NCBI GenBank assembly: GCA_964016885.1
Contig: OZ024745.1
Span: forward strand, 102,796,001 to 102,860,000
Source: Eledone cirrhosa
Taxonomy: Eukaryota
Length of the DNA: 64,000 bases
Direction of reading: 5' to 3'
In this document: in pieces, positions 14,788 through 32,320 of the stretch
Layout of the letters: every line of letters begins with the position of its first letter
Numbering within the stretch: position 1 is the stretch's first letter
Translations under genes and position numbers: made by a program
Notes under the pieces: model-generated
Told to the model about the DNA's origin: nothing
The model's input: only the letters and a program-made list of their open reading frames with translations
Databases searched by the model: none

Positions 14788-15320
14788 TAATGTTCAGAGC
14801 CATCCTCAGCATTCTCGTGTAGCACCTATCCACCATTTCTGGGTCAGTGTCCAAGTCTCAGACCCGTACAGCAGCACAGACTCCACTACAGCAATGAAGA
14901 AGCGGATTTTCAGGTCTTTACGAAGGTCCGACTTCCACACCGATCTCAAGCTGTGGCCCGCCGCCCAGGCTTTGGTCTTCCTCTCAACCACATCATCTTC
15001 CGTATTCCCAATCTTTGCTCCCAAATACAGGAAGTCCTCAACCAATTCTAGCGGCTTCCCGCCTACATTAGTGATCCCCTCTGGCTTCTCAACATTCTCT
15101 ACCAGATATTTTGTTTTAGTTTCATTCATTCTCAGCCCCACACTCATTGACACAGTCTCAACGTCCTGCATCATATTCCTCTGCCTCCTTCACTGTATAT
15201 GTCACCAAAACTATGTCGTCGGCAAATTCAGCATCCGATATCTTTTTCGCCGGTGCTACAGTAAAGCCAGAGTCCTGGTGTTTCTCCAGTGCAAGGCGCA
15301 TACAATAGTCCACTACGATG
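14787..15320 (-). mobile_element. RTE/RTEX-like LINE RT fragment
   Basis: EFADDI, GLRMNETKTK, DFLYLG, ESVLLYGSETW. Confidence 0.85.
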
Positions 15321-15390
15321 ACACACACACACACACACACACGCGCACGCGCACGCGCACGCGCACGCACACGCACACGCACACATACAC

Positions 15391-15423
<33 letters not shown>

Positions 15424-15441
15424 CATATATACATATATACA

Positions 15442-15681
15442 TATATTAAGACAGGGGGGAAGAAAAAATGGCTTCACTTGTGCTTTCAACAAATTTATTT
15501 TCTTCACAAAATCCCAAAAGAATTTTTCTTAAAAAAAATTATTTTATAAATTAAGTTGTTGCAACAACTTAATTTATAAAATAATTTTTTTTAAGAAAAA
15601 TTCTTTTGGGATTTTGTGAAGAAAATAAATTTGTTGAAAGCACAAGTGAAGCCATTTTTTCTTCCCCCCTGTCTTAATATA
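15442..15681. repeat. 240-bp perfect palindrome with no spacer (foldback or MITE-like)
   Basis: Centre gttgttg|caacaac at 15561/15562. Arms read tatattaagacagggggga...tcccccctgtcttaatata. Confidence 0.92.
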
Positions 15682-15710
15682 CCTAACTGTACCAAGGATT
15701 ACACACATTT

Positions 15711-15747
<37 letters not shown>

Positions 15748-16003
15748 CATATATATATACATATATATATACATATATACATACATATATATACATATAT
15801 ATATTTTGCAATTCTGCAATAATAAAACACATACTGAATTGATCTGCCAAAACTAAGGGTTGCCCCCTTGTCGAGCCCCACGTGGGTTTTGATAACGGTC
15901 AGTCCTTGGCCTTGCACTTGAACTAAAAGCCTGTTGAGAAAGTGACTTCCTTGTTCAATCATCTTACCAAAAGCTTAACATTATTTGTCTAAGCAGAATT
16001 CTA

Positions 16004-16195
16004 GGGCGGTGAATTGGCAGTAACGGTAGAGGGTCGGACGCCATGCTTTGACGCATAGAGTTACGGCCCTTGCCATTCTGAGTTCAAATCCCGCCGAGGT
16101 TAACTTTGCCTTTCATCCTTACGGGGTCGATAAAATAAAGTACCAGTAATGTACTGGGTAATTGCTGGCCTTGTGCCAATAGTAGAAACAATTAT
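16004..16195 (+). mobile_element. Full-length SINE family A with target-site duplication
   Basis: A box tggcagtaacggt, B box gagttcaaatcc. Direct repeat attatttgtctaagcaga at ~15980 and ~16191. Confidence 0.88.
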
Positions 16196-16518
16196 TTGTC
16201 TAAGCAGACAGTACCTGATTTAGGAGTTGCAGAAATACAAATGCTGGATTTTACCAACCTTCCAGGGGTCCGGGTATAATTTTCAATCATATTTTATTTG
16301 TTTGACCCGAATTACTTAATCGTTTCTATGGCTGTGCGGGTAATGGTTAACCATCGTCTCAGTGTGTTTGGCCTTTTAACTTATGTTGTAGCTCTAGTTC
16401 ACTAGCTTCTATGGAGCGTTTGCCACACATCTCGGAAGTTGTTTTTCGCTAATTTCCAATAGCCGAAATACGATTCTCGCTAATTCATATTTACATATAT
16501 ATATACATATACACATAT

Positions 16519-16572
<54 letters not shown>

Positions 16573-17717
16573 CGTTTCTGAATTTGTTTAGCAAGAATCT
16601 TTATCTGAAAACGTGTGTTGAAACCGATATTGTTATACTTTGGGAGTGTCATGTTGCCAATAACACACGCACCAGTTGCTTTCACTCTAATTTATTATAA
16701 ATTATAAATTTATAAATTTCCGGTTGGTTGGTTGGTTCCACAACCGGACGGTTGTTCATATATTGTCAAAGTTCTTTCGTCACACATTCTGTGACCTCTC
16801 CAGTGACTGGGTATTATTTTCTTTGTTTTGTGCCTCTCATTTGTTCTGTCCTACGCCATCTTGTTTTTGTGTGAACACACACAAAAACAAGATGGACAAT
16901 ACTACACTATGCTGAATGGACAATACTACTTACACGCCATCAATGGGCTTACACACATCCCCGGGGTTTTGTTATTTTATTTTGTGTTGGGTAACACGCC
17001 CACACCACTCAAACACTTATCTTAAAGGCCTAAGGGCCCATATGACGGGGAAACGCACACACTGACTCCTTAACTGAAATACCCAACCTTATATGGAGCC
17101 CCTTGTTGGCCTACATGGCGGTGCTTGCACACACAGACTCGGGGACTCAGATTCTCAACGAGACAACGGCACATATAGAGTTCGATACGAGCTGACTACT
17201 TGCTCTTCACATGGATGTGTATATACCAAAACATACACTATTTAGACGATACGGATGTTACAATTCAATCGATACACGTATAGCAGAACATTGAACGGAA
17301 TTTACTTGCGTGTGTATAGGGTTGTGGTTGACCCAATTTTTTTCTAATTTACATCGAGAAAATTGAGATTTGACCAATATAACATTTGTTGTTTTGTAAC
17401 CTAACTTTCGGTGCATACTGTGTTGGTGTATATATTTTTTCTCTGACTTCGCGTCGGTGTGTGTGAGTGTGTGTGTACTCACTAACGCTAATTATGACCG
17501 ACCAAAATTCTACAGATTTGATGCTGAGATTAGACCTGTCCAGCGTCTGTTACAGCTATTGAGAGATAGAGACTTGATAGATTTATGACCCTGACTGAAG
17601 ACGATAACAGTTGGCGTGTTTTGGCTGGTGAATCTTCATATGGGGAACAAAACTCTAGTGAGTGAACATCGTTAGTTTTTCCTTCCTCATATCAAAGATT
17701 TGAAGACATTTCATTAT

Positions 17718-17791
17718 TCACCTGATGAGGTCAGTGATAATCGATCATAACCACACGATCGATCTATCCCTTTTTGAAACATGTGTCGTGA
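17718..17791 (+). ncRNA. Penelope-type minimal hammerhead ribozyme
   Basis: tcac-CTGATGA, stem II with atcgatc/gatcgat, GAAAC-atgt-GTC-gtga. Canonical core and GUC triplet. Confidence 0.7.
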
Positions 17792-17835
17792 TTAAAATGA
17801 TTGGAAATTTATACCATGCCTTCGGATCTTTATTT

Positions 17836-17894
<59 letters not shown>

Positions 17895-18026
17895 GCAAAA
17901 TGTTTGACACCGACGCCAGAGCTCAAGCCGTTTCGACGGCTATTTCTGGACTGTATTGAGTACTCTGGTGCGTTATGGTCCATCTGGTTCCTTATCCTCC
18001 TTCGTTGTATACATATATACATACAC

Positions 18027-18186
<160 letters not shown>

Positions 18187-18364
18187 TATTTAATTACAAA
18201 GTGAACATATATATTATATAGATGTATATTATAAACTGTTGGTGCGTACATTGTACACATTTCTCCTTCTGTGTGTGTGTGTGTATATATATAAATTCTA
18301 TATACAAAAATGTATGTATGTGTACGTGCAGACATCTATATACGTGTGTGTGTATATATATATA

Positions 18365-18407
<43 letters not shown>

Positions 18408-18649
18408 GGAGATGGAATAATTGGAAAACTAGTTGAGCGCTTAAAGAGATAAGCGACTAATGAGGTGCGAAGAGGGAACATTTCATCTGTTAAACAATAT
18501 AAGGAAGATTTCTCTCGTTAGGATACTTAGTAACAACTGATCCCAACAGAGTTAAGAGTGAATGGGGAAAGACAGTGTCAGATGATGATCTAGCTTTCTA
18601 TACAGAATATGGATATCAGGATATCTACGTGTGTGTGCGCGCGTGTATC

Positions 18650-18651
18650 TC

Positions 18652-18743
<92 letters not shown>

Positions 18744-18832
18744 TTCTTCTTTTTTTTTCTTTCTTTCTCTTTCTCTCTTTCTCTTTCTCTTTCTCCCTCT
18801 TTCTTCCTCTCTTTCTCCTTTCTTCCTCTCTT

Positions 18833-18871
<39 letters not shown>

Positions 18872-18895
18872 CTCTCTCTCTCTCTCGCTCTCTCC
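18650..18895. repeat. (TTTC)n/(TC)n pyrimidine microsatellite
   Basis: Directly visible. Confidence 0.95.
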
Positions 18896-18946
18896 TTGTA
18901 TGTGTTTGTTGGTGCCTTTGTATGCATGTATATATATGCTTCTATT

Positions 18947-19518
18947 CCAGTACAACCTGTCCCATGGTCGGGTCGTTGGCGACTAAACTGGCAACCCCAC
19001 CAAGGTTTCTTGGTGAGTAGGGTGACTTTGGACATCCTGCAGGACTAAAAACAAAACCTGTCAAAGGGCAAAAGAGCTCTTAAGAGTCAATGGCCATCCA
19101 AAATCACCGGGAGAGATGACCCATTAGCCTTTGTCAAGGCAGAATTCTAGGAGAAGGAAAACTCTGATATAACACCTGCAACCCTGATGGTATCCAATGA
19201 TGTTGACTTATTCTTCTTTTTGGTAAATATCATCTTGGTTAAGAGAGTGGGACTGGCTTTGTGCAGTGACTTTGCTCACTATAAAAGCTTCACGGCACAG
19301 GCATTGCTTTGTATCTGGAGATCTCTCTGCACATGTCGTCACATGGTACCACGGGCCCAGCACTATGTGTCAATAATTGTCACAAGTGTAGTGTTTGTAC
19401 CAGCGTTTTCAAGTCGCTGGTTGGACTAAAAAGTCACACTCGTTCAGCGCATCGGTAGGGGTTCTCCTACATGGATATAAAGTAGTGGCCGTACTCGAAA
19501 ACCAGTTGGCAGCCACCA
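18947..19518 (+). mobile_element. RTE-derived bipartite non-autonomous retroposon (family C), copy 1
   Basis: 5' part has RTE-UTR-like motifs (ctggcaaccccac, ggagaaggaaaactctga). 3' part encodes a remnant zinc finger (CSVCT..FK/QSL.GLKSH). Homologous to 19627-20235 and 37227-37635. Confidence 0.7.
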
Positions 19519-19560
19519 TATGCATGTATATATATGTGTGTCTACCTCAATATATACCTT

Positions 19561-19626
<66 letters not shown>

Positions 19627-20235
19627 TGGTGGCTGCCAACTCGTTTTCGTGTACGGCCACTACGTTATATCCATGTAGGAGAACTACATCGCTGAACGAG
19701 TGTGACTTTTTAGTCCAGCCAGCGACTTGAAAACTCTGGTACAGACACTACACTTGTGACAAATATTGACACATAGTGCTGGGCCCATGATACCATGTGA
19801 TGACAAGTGCAGAGAGATCTCCAGATATAAAGCAATGCCTGTGCCGTGAAGCTTTTATAGTGAGCAAAGGCACTGCACAAAGCCAGTCGCACTCTCTTAA
19901 CCAAGATGATATTTACCAAAAAGAAGAATAAGTCAACATCATTGGATACCATCAGGGTTTGCAGGTGTTATATCAGAGTTTTCCTTCTCCTAGAATTCTG
20001 CCCTTGACAAAGGCTAAGGGGTCATCTCTCCCGGGTGATTTTGGATGCCCATTGACTCTTAAGAGCTCCTTTGCCCTTTGACAGGTTTTGTTTTTAGTCC
20101 TGAAGGATGTCCAAAGTCACCCTCCTCACCAAGAAACCTTGGTGGGGTTGCCAGTTTAGTCGCCAACGACCCGACAATGAGACAGGTTGTACTGGGATAC
20201 ATGTTACCAGTAGCACCAACTGGTGACCTGACATA
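19627..20235 (-). mobile_element. Family C retroposon, copy 2 (longest), inverted relative to copy 1
   Basis: Reverse complement of copy 1; shares the 80-aa ORF MVSNDVDLFF... Confidence 0.75.
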
Positions 20236-20239
20236 AATA

Positions 20240-24451
<4,212 letters not shown>

Positions 24452-24709
24452 TTCAAGAGTAACCAATCTTAAAGAGAGAGATGGAGATAGGAGAGGAGAT
24501 ATGAGAGGAGAGATTGGTGAATTAGTTAGAAGCCAAAGCGTAAAAGGCATGTGCTCAATGTGCAATATGCAGTAGAAAGCAGCTAGGTGGCTGGGTTCAG
24601 GCAGAAGTTAGGTGCGCAGAGCTGAGAAATATATACATTATTATTACGTAATATTCGAACATTATATTATGTAACATTCTCTCGTTATTTTAATTTATAT
24701 TCCTTTGAA

Positions 24710-24830
24710 GTTCCGATGAGCCGCTCTGTCCTTTAAATATGTTAATTATTTTCAACTGAACCAGATCAATTATGATATATAGTCATCTGATCCAGAAAAT
24801 ATCACATGGAGTAGCGAAACAATTGTAAAC
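24710..24830 (+). ncRNA. Degenerate hammerhead ribozyme (core CCGATGA)
   Basis: gtt-CCGATGA-gc...gc-GAAAC-aatt-GTA-aac; one core substitution. Confidence 0.45.
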
Positions 24831-25458
24831 GGACATTATTATTATTAATATTATTATTATTATTATTCTCTAAATTCCTTACATCAAACTAAAATATGTT
24901 GACGATCTTTTAATAACGTCTTCCTTGTGAAATTTGTGGTCTTGTTTTGCTTAACTAATGAATATATACATACATACATATATATATATAATATATATAT
25001 ATATATATTATATATATTTTAGAAAGTGAGGTTTTTTTTACAAAATGAAAAATAACCGAGGTGTCCTACACGAGTGAAAGTATAAAGAAAAAGAGATGAA
25101 ATCGAAAATGCAACTGGGGTCTTTTTTTTTTTAAATATATATATATTTATTTGGTTCCTTTATCGGTTTCGGAGTTCTTCTGCTTTTCAAAAGGTGAGTT
25201 GAGATGGAGGGTCTGTGGTTTTTCTCACATCTGGTTGGTCTCTGAATGTTACTTGTTTTATATGGAAAAAGTGGCTCGAAATGCCAGGTTTTTTCGAGAA
25301 GTAATTTGATTGGTTTGTCAATAATTATAATAAATTTCGCGCCAGTTTGCGTTACAATAGTTCTTCAAATAAGAGGGGGGGTTGTCATAGGTTGTTTTTT
25401 CATATATGAGTGTTTGAATTTCTTTTTACTTGAAAAAAGGAGGCTCACGAAGGCTTTT

Positions 25459-25658
25459 NNNNNNNNNNNNNNNNNNNNNNNNNNNNNNNNNNNNNNNNNN
25501 NNNNNNNNNNNNNNNNNNNNNNNNNNNNNNNNNNNNNNNNNNNNNNNNNNNNNNNNNNNNNNNNNNNNNNNNNNNNNNNNNNNNNNNNNNNNNNNNNNNN
25601 NNNNNNNNNNNNNNNNNNNNNNNNNNNNNNNNNNNNNNNNNNNNNNNNNNNNNNNNNN
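25459..25658. other. Assembly gap (200 N)
   Basis: Run of N. Confidence 1.
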
Positions 25659-25767
25659 GGCACAAAGTTAACCTCGGTGGGATTTGAACTCAGACTGTAA
25701 AGGGCCATAACTCTATGCTGCAAAGCATGGCATTTGACCCTCTACTGATACTGCCAATCTACTGCCC
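25659..25767 (-). mobile_element. SINE family A, 5' half abutting the gap
   Basis: aagttaacctcgg..ggatttgaactcag...gatactgccaat. Confidence 0.8.
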
Positions 25768-25917
25768 CTTATAAAACTTACCTATATAATATCACTGTTT
25801 TACTTAACAATCATTCAATATTTCTACATCAATGCATATTCATCCAATTACCTCACATGCTGCGCATTTAAGTTTGGGGTACATAGACTTTTATTATAAC
25901 ATACTTTTTTTCATTAA

Positions 25918-26122
25918 CCCATTAGCATATAAACTGCCCATATCCGGCCAGAATTCTCTCAACTCTTTCTTTTCAAACCAGCTGTAACCGGTCGCTCATG
26001 CTGATGTTAGGGTATTGTTCTCAAAATAAATAATATCAAAATTTCATAGATTCGATATTATAGGAGATAAAGATGTGAGGTAAAGCCTTTACCATGAAAA
26101 TATAATAGTAAATGCCAAAGGG
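25918..26122 (+). mobile_element. piggyBac-like MITE (~205 bp)
   Basis: TTAA|CCC...GGG|TTAA termini. Further copies at ~8803, 40207-40442 and ~57520-57723. Confidence 0.75.
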
Positions 26123-27493
26123 TTAAGGAATGATTTTAATTGATTTTGTTTAGTTTTTTGATGGACCTCAAAAATAAGAATAAATTCTGTGTTGACTTGC
26201 TGACATGTGTCAATGCAGGTATTCATGCTGGCATAAACAATATTTGAAATGTTAAATTTCTCAGGATATCAACTTTGTTTTAATAAATCATGTAAACTAT
26301 AGAATGATGTGATATTTCTGTATAGCGTGTAAGGGGGAAAAAAAGAAAAAAAAGGATCAAAAGTTACAAGTAAAAGCTACAACTAAAATTCTCTCTCTAT
26401 CAAATACACTGCTTAAATTATTCAACTGTGAAGTTTAATATTATCCTCATTCACAGTTGACCTCATGCACTTTGAATGGCTTTAAATTTCAAGGCATTTT
26501 ATGACAAATGTGATTTATGAAACGGATATTGTTAACATTGAAACAATAATTTTTTTATGAAACTAAAAAAATATGAAATAGGCACGGTTTTTTTTGTTTG
26601 ATTTTATTTGAAGCTGACACACATCTGCATTCTAAAAATCTGACTTCACACTATCAAAGCAATTATCTCATTACATAACTGATTTTAAACACAGCAGTTA
26701 AAAAATTGCATAATTTATTTTGAAAAACACCTGGAATCAACCAAGTGAAATGACCTACTGTAACCTCCTGTAATCATATATCGATCATGTTAGCATAAAT
26801 TCAAGATGAATCATTTGTGTGGATCAATAGTTCAGTTTTCAGATCATCATCATCATCTTTGACAATCACATCAGTGGTTTTATTATCAACTTCTAAAGTA
26901 GTATATTGTTACAGTACATATTACAGCAACTAATGGTGATAATTTATTGCAATTTCATTAAAGGGACTTATGTTTCACATTTCAAAATATTATTATAAAT
27001 GTATTTTTTTAAATAGAATTTATTTCATTTTACTATTGATTTCAATTAGTAGCTTTCTCTGATTATATTTTTGTGTTGACATATTGACAAATATTCCTTC
27101 TAACATAAACAATATTGGAGATGTTATTTGATATATAGTATAATGGTTGTTAAGAAAATTAGAGCTAGATGAATGGCTCATGATTATGCTTAGAAAAATG
27201 CATTGGAGTAATGTGAGCAAGATCAAGATTTGAAGTAAATTCAGCAAATAATTTAGTATACAAGATTCTACTCAACTTAGTAATATCTATTGGAGTTCTT
27301 GAAGCCATATAATGCACACAACAACAGTTTGAGAGAAAAGTTACTCTTTAAATGTGCTACACCTACAAGAGTGGGACGCTTTAAAGGGTTAACTTGAAAT
27401 AATTATACAGTGAAAAAAGAAATTATTAGTCAATGATTTATATACTTCCTTTTCTCTGTAAATATGGAATGCAACTCTGGACATGTTTTGGCA

Positions 27494-27879
27494 GGATTGG
27501 CTGTATCGGTAGAGGGTCGGACGCCATGCTTTGACGCATAGAGTTACGGCCCTTGCCATTCTGAGTTCAAATCCCGCCGAGGTTAACTTTGTCTTTCATC
27601 CTAATGGAGTCGATAAAATAAAGTACCAGTAATACACTGGGTAATTGTTGGCCTTGTGCCAAAAGTAGAAATAATTATGACATCACTTTAAGGGCGGTGA
27701 ATTGGCAGTATCGGTGGAGGGTCGGACATGCTTTCCAGCATAGTATGTCCCTTTACGATCTGAGTTCAAATTCTGCCGAGGTTAACTTTGCCTTTCATCC
27801 TTACGGGGTCGATAAAATAAAGTACCAGTAATGTACTGGGATAATTGCTGGCCTTGTGCCAAAAGTAGAAACAATTATG
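27494..27879 (+). mobile_element. Two tandem SINE family A copies
   Basis: Two full A box, B box and core units, each ending aattatgacat. Confidence 0.85.
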
Positions 27880-28529
27880 ACATTATCACTGAAACATAGC
27901 TTTCACAATACCTGATAAAGCATTGGTGATACAATCACTAAGTAAATATGCAAGAATATACATTGATTAGCATAGTAAAATTTTTTTTTTTTTAATAATT
28001 CAAAAAACGTGATCTACAGGAAAAACAATAGTTAATTTAGTGGTAGCATATTTATTGCAAGGGGTATTAAAAATCTGTTGAGAAATAATTATGTAGTAGA
28101 GAAAAAATAATATAGATAAACAACACAACCACAAAAACTAATGGTTTAAAGCTATTTTCCCTGCAAAAGCAGGGGTTAACTTCACAGGCCCAATGGCAGG
28201 CTTCATACTCACTGTGAGGTTCTTTTTGAAGCAATGTTTTATGGTCAGTTACCCTTCCTGGTACCTACTCTTTTAGTCTCCTGTTAAGACATTTAGGGAT
28301 ATGGTGTATCTATTCTAAACAGAATACACACAGTCTAAAAAACAAAACAATATTAATCAATAGTTAATATTATTTTTATTTCACTAGTAAGAACAGGAGA
28401 GACGTCCAGAAATCATTTAGTCTTAGGATCTCATCAGCAAAACAAAGACTTTACTAAATTTGCCAAAATAGTGATAAAAGAATTACTAAATATACAATAT
28501 TGGTTGTCATAGGAAAATAGAATTGTTCT

Positions 28530-28870
28530 TTTCTTCTCCACCCAGTTATTCCTGAGAGGGTTGTGGGGGCAGAGTCCTCAAATACTCCTTCCTGAGGGTC
28601 CTGTCAGAAGCAGCCATCTCCAACTTATCTGGCTGGATCCCCAAGCGAGACCAGCCAAGTTCATGGATGTTATTCGACCATCTTGCTTGGGGTCTACTCC
28701 TGGGTCTCCTGCCAGTTAATTTTGCCTGTAAGATCTGTTCAGAGATTCTCTGCTGAGAAATTCTTAACACTTGCCCTTAGTATCAGAGCTTTGATCTCTC
28801 TATTTGGAGAAGTAGCGGTTCTACCGGGAGTGACTCTCTGAGTTACGTACTCTATTGAGTAATGTTACTC
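28530..28870 (-). mobile_element. RTE-like LINE 3' fragment
   Basis: GRRPRSRPQARW. Same family at ~44045-44380 and ~59490-59710. Confidence 0.75.
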
Positions 28871-30339
28871 CAAAGAATTGCTTATAGAATGAATAATAGA
28901 GATGATAGTTTCATGTATTTTTACAAAATTAATTCCTTATACTGTTTAGGCAGATCATTAAATGTTGAACATAATTTGATGCTTAAGTACCTAATTAATG
29001 CTAATGTTAATACAATTATTTAAAAAATGGAGAAGCTGTGTTAAAAAAAAAAAGAAATAAAAAGGAAAGAATTTCAGATAATTTTTGTATCTCAGCCCTG
29101 ATTAGCCAGACCCATGATTAAGACTTATCCCATTTTTTCAAACATTGTATATCTAGGACTAAATAATCTAATATATATTTTTTTTTATAAAGTTGGTAAG
29201 GTAACGTTGGGTATGAGGTTGGTATGGCTATGTTAAGTGATTGCAAAGAAGCTCCATCATTGGATCAGCTTGCATTAATCTACTCATCCAATAAAATTCA
29301 ACCAATAAAATTCCATAAAAACAAAGACATTTTTCCAAGGACATTTGTAGTATCTGAAGAGAAGCACTGAATCAACTTGAACCCAAACAATAGAATTTAC
29401 ATAAAACAGGAAAATTGGATAGTTTCTAATGCATAGTTAAGACTCACTTTACTGAAATTTTAAAATTCTTAGAGGCATACAATAGATTAATCTTCAGTTG
29501 GTTTAATATTCATCTATATTAATGATTATCATTATTATGATATTGATAAAGCAATATAATATCTGATGTATATATATTTAACATTTTTATGTTCATTTAG
29601 ATTTTTATTTCATATGCACCATTTTTATAAGCAAACAAAGAGTAAAATAATATATACTTGTAATTTAGGATTATAACTTTATATTCATTCACAACTATCT
29701 GAATACAACATCTTATTACTAATTATTAAACAGCTCTCATTCAAAACTTCTACCTCAATGTGCAATTTTAATGCACTCACTGTAGTTATTAATATAGAAG
29801 TCCATTGGGGTTTTTTTAGATTTAGTTTGAAAATATTTAATCTAAAATTTCAACATAATTTGAATATGTCTTTCAATAGAAAATTAGGGTTTTAATTTAT
29901 AAATAAAAACATATGCATACATTTTCAGAAACCATTCATGACTGAAGAAAAAGGCTTTGTGGTGAAGAACTTTACTTCATAACAGCCTGGTTTTGTGTTT
30001 AAGTTAAGAGCCTGTGTCTTCTACCATAGTATTGGTAAAGAGAAGCGTTGTAATTGAAATTTGGTAGATGGAATCTATTGAAACCCATTGAGTCTGTTGA
30101 GGAAACCAGTCATATTCTAGTAGATATAATCCATTGTCCAGTTTAACACTACCACCAAAGTTCACTCTGTATCAAGTATTTGGGCCAGGTTTCTGATATG
30201 TCAGTGACTAAAACATTATCTTTCTTCTCCTTAATCACATAAAAAATACACATTTCATTATTCAAGAAAATATTGAAATTTGGCAAATAATAATTCACTT
30301 AGCAACAGTTTAGTGTAGGGTATACCTCACAGCCCATAA

Positions 30340-32320
30340 CACTATGTAACATATTTTTTGTTCCCCGGTTCTAAGTGTTATTTCATGGTTTGTTATATCC
30401 CATTATTATAAAAAAAACACTATTATTTAATCAGAAGTTTGGGTTTGTGGTCAGGAGTTTGATATTTCGAAATTTTCATATTTTTCAAGAAAAAACACTT
30501 TTTTTTAAAAATTTATCAGTTCATATAATTAAATCAACAGAGTATATATTTATTTTATTACACAAGCTTATCAAAAGCAAACAAGTAAAAACAAATAACA
30601 CTTATAAAGCAACTTATACACGTCAGAAATGACTAGATTTCCTGGATTTGCGGTTGTAATCCAGGTCGCATTCCCGCACTAGCCCCCAGATATAGTCCCC
30701 CATCATTTTTTCATTGTAGTGGTCCTTATACCTCCGCTCTATCTCTTTCACATCTTGGTGGAATCGTTCGCCTTGTTCTTCTGAGTAGGTGCCCATATTG
30801 TCCTTGAATTTTTCCAGGTGAGCGTCCAGCATATGGAGTTTAAGCGACATCCTGCATCCCATGGCGCCAAAAGCCTTTATCATATCCTGCACCAGTTGCT
30901 GGTAGTTTTCAGCTCTATAGTTGCCCAGGAAGCCCTTAACAACTGCCTTGAAACAGTTCCATGCTGTTCTCTCAATCCTATTGAGCTTATTGGAGAACTC
31001 AGTAGACTCAAACACCTTCTTTATCTGAGGTCCAACAAAAATTCCACCTTTGATTTTGGCCTTAGATAACTTGGGAAAGAACTCAAAAAGGTACTTAAAA
31101 GCGCTGATTCTTGGTTGAGAGCCTTCACAAACTGCTTCATCAACGCCAACTTAATGTGCAGTGGCGGCATGAGCACAATCCTGGGATCAACCAGTGGCTC
31201 CCACATGACGTTCCGGGTCCCAACTACAAATTCTGTTCACTGCTCCCAGTTCTTTCTTTTGCAGTGGTCAGAGGTGGCTCTGCTGTCCCAAAGGCAGAGG
31301 AAGCATTGGAATTTGATAAAGTCTTGGAGTCCAAGCAGGAAAGCCACCATCTTGAAGTCTCCAATGATTTCCCAATTGTACTGGTTGCATTGCAGAGCTT
31401 CCAAGAGGACTTTCACACTGTAGTAATCTTCCTTCAGGCAGACTGAATGAGCTAGGGGCAGTGTCGGGAACTTGTTTCCATTGTGGAGGAGGACAGCCTT
31501 CAAACATGTGGTGGAGCTGTCTATAAATAGCCACCACTCCTTGGGCACAAACGGCACCCCAATAACATCAAACAGTCCAGGCATGTCATGGTAGAAGCAG
31601 AGGCCATCTCTAAGGGTGTTAAAGCCTGAGAAAGGTTTGTGTCGACTTCTCTGACTTATCACCTGCACTTCCTCCTTGACCAAGTTCCACTGCTTCATCC
31701 TGGAGACGAATAGCTCTGCATTGGACTTGGTCAGACCCATATCCCTGACCAAGTCATTGACTTCTTTTTGGTTTGGGAAGTGAGGAACTTTTTCTGGTAC
31801 CTCAGGCAGGTAATCCAAGTCCTCAGCATCCATCTCCTCCTCTTCATCAGAATACTTGTCTTGGAAAATAAATTTAATATGCAATACAAAATAAATATTG
31901 GAAAGGGAAATACATATTTAAATAATATAAAAGAACACTAATAATACTAATGAAAATTCGTGCTTAAAACACAACTCACCCTTTATTCAGGGTGCGAAAA
32001 TCCAGTATCAATAAATCTCTTTAATCCACTTTTTAACAATTTTATACTTTATTGCACTTTTATAATTTTCTTTAGGTATTACTCTTTATTTTATAATTTT
32101 AATTTAACCTGAAACATATATAAAAAAATCATTTAACATAAGCAAATTAAACTTACATACAACGTAAAATCCCACATAATTCTAGTGAATAGCTTAGAAT
32201 TTTTACAAACCCAAACTTTTAACTGTTTAATAGCACTTTTTTATTTATTGGGACCTAAACAACACAAAAAAAGTGATTACAAGCCAGGAACAGAGAAAAA
32301 AAAATTTTTGTTACACAGTG
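30340..32320 (-). mobile_element. Chapaev3-type (CMC superfamily) DNA transposon, internally deleted and frameshifted
   Basis: TIRs CACTATGTAACA (30340) and TGTTACACAGTG (32320), TAA on both sides. Transposase motifs FIDSS..CLKAVLLHNGN, IIGDFKMV, PPLHIKLALMKQFVKAL, SLKLHML.AHL and EQGERFHQD. Confidence 0.85.
30623..31860 (-). pseudogene. Chapaev3 transposase pseudogene (three frame pieces; upstream GT-AG intron ~31860-31979)
   Basis: ORFs 31237-31884, 31021-31206 and 30623-31015 join into one transposase. Donor GGTGAGT near 31979 and acceptor ttttccaag near 31860. Confidence 0.8.

Noticed and set aside
16631-17260. Possible solo LTR sharing the start tgttatactt.ggga with 11652
   Set aside because: Only ~40 bp of similarity is visible; no TSD or PBS could be established.
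18552-19048. K/E/R-rich and F/L/S-rich ORFs
   Set aside because: Translations of (TTTC)n/(TC)n; same for 59226-59598.
26780-27330. Possible host exon(s) on the minus strand (also 49636-50410 and 59895-60100)
   Set aside because: Short open frames with no recognisable domain or consistent splice chain; not supportable without RNA data.
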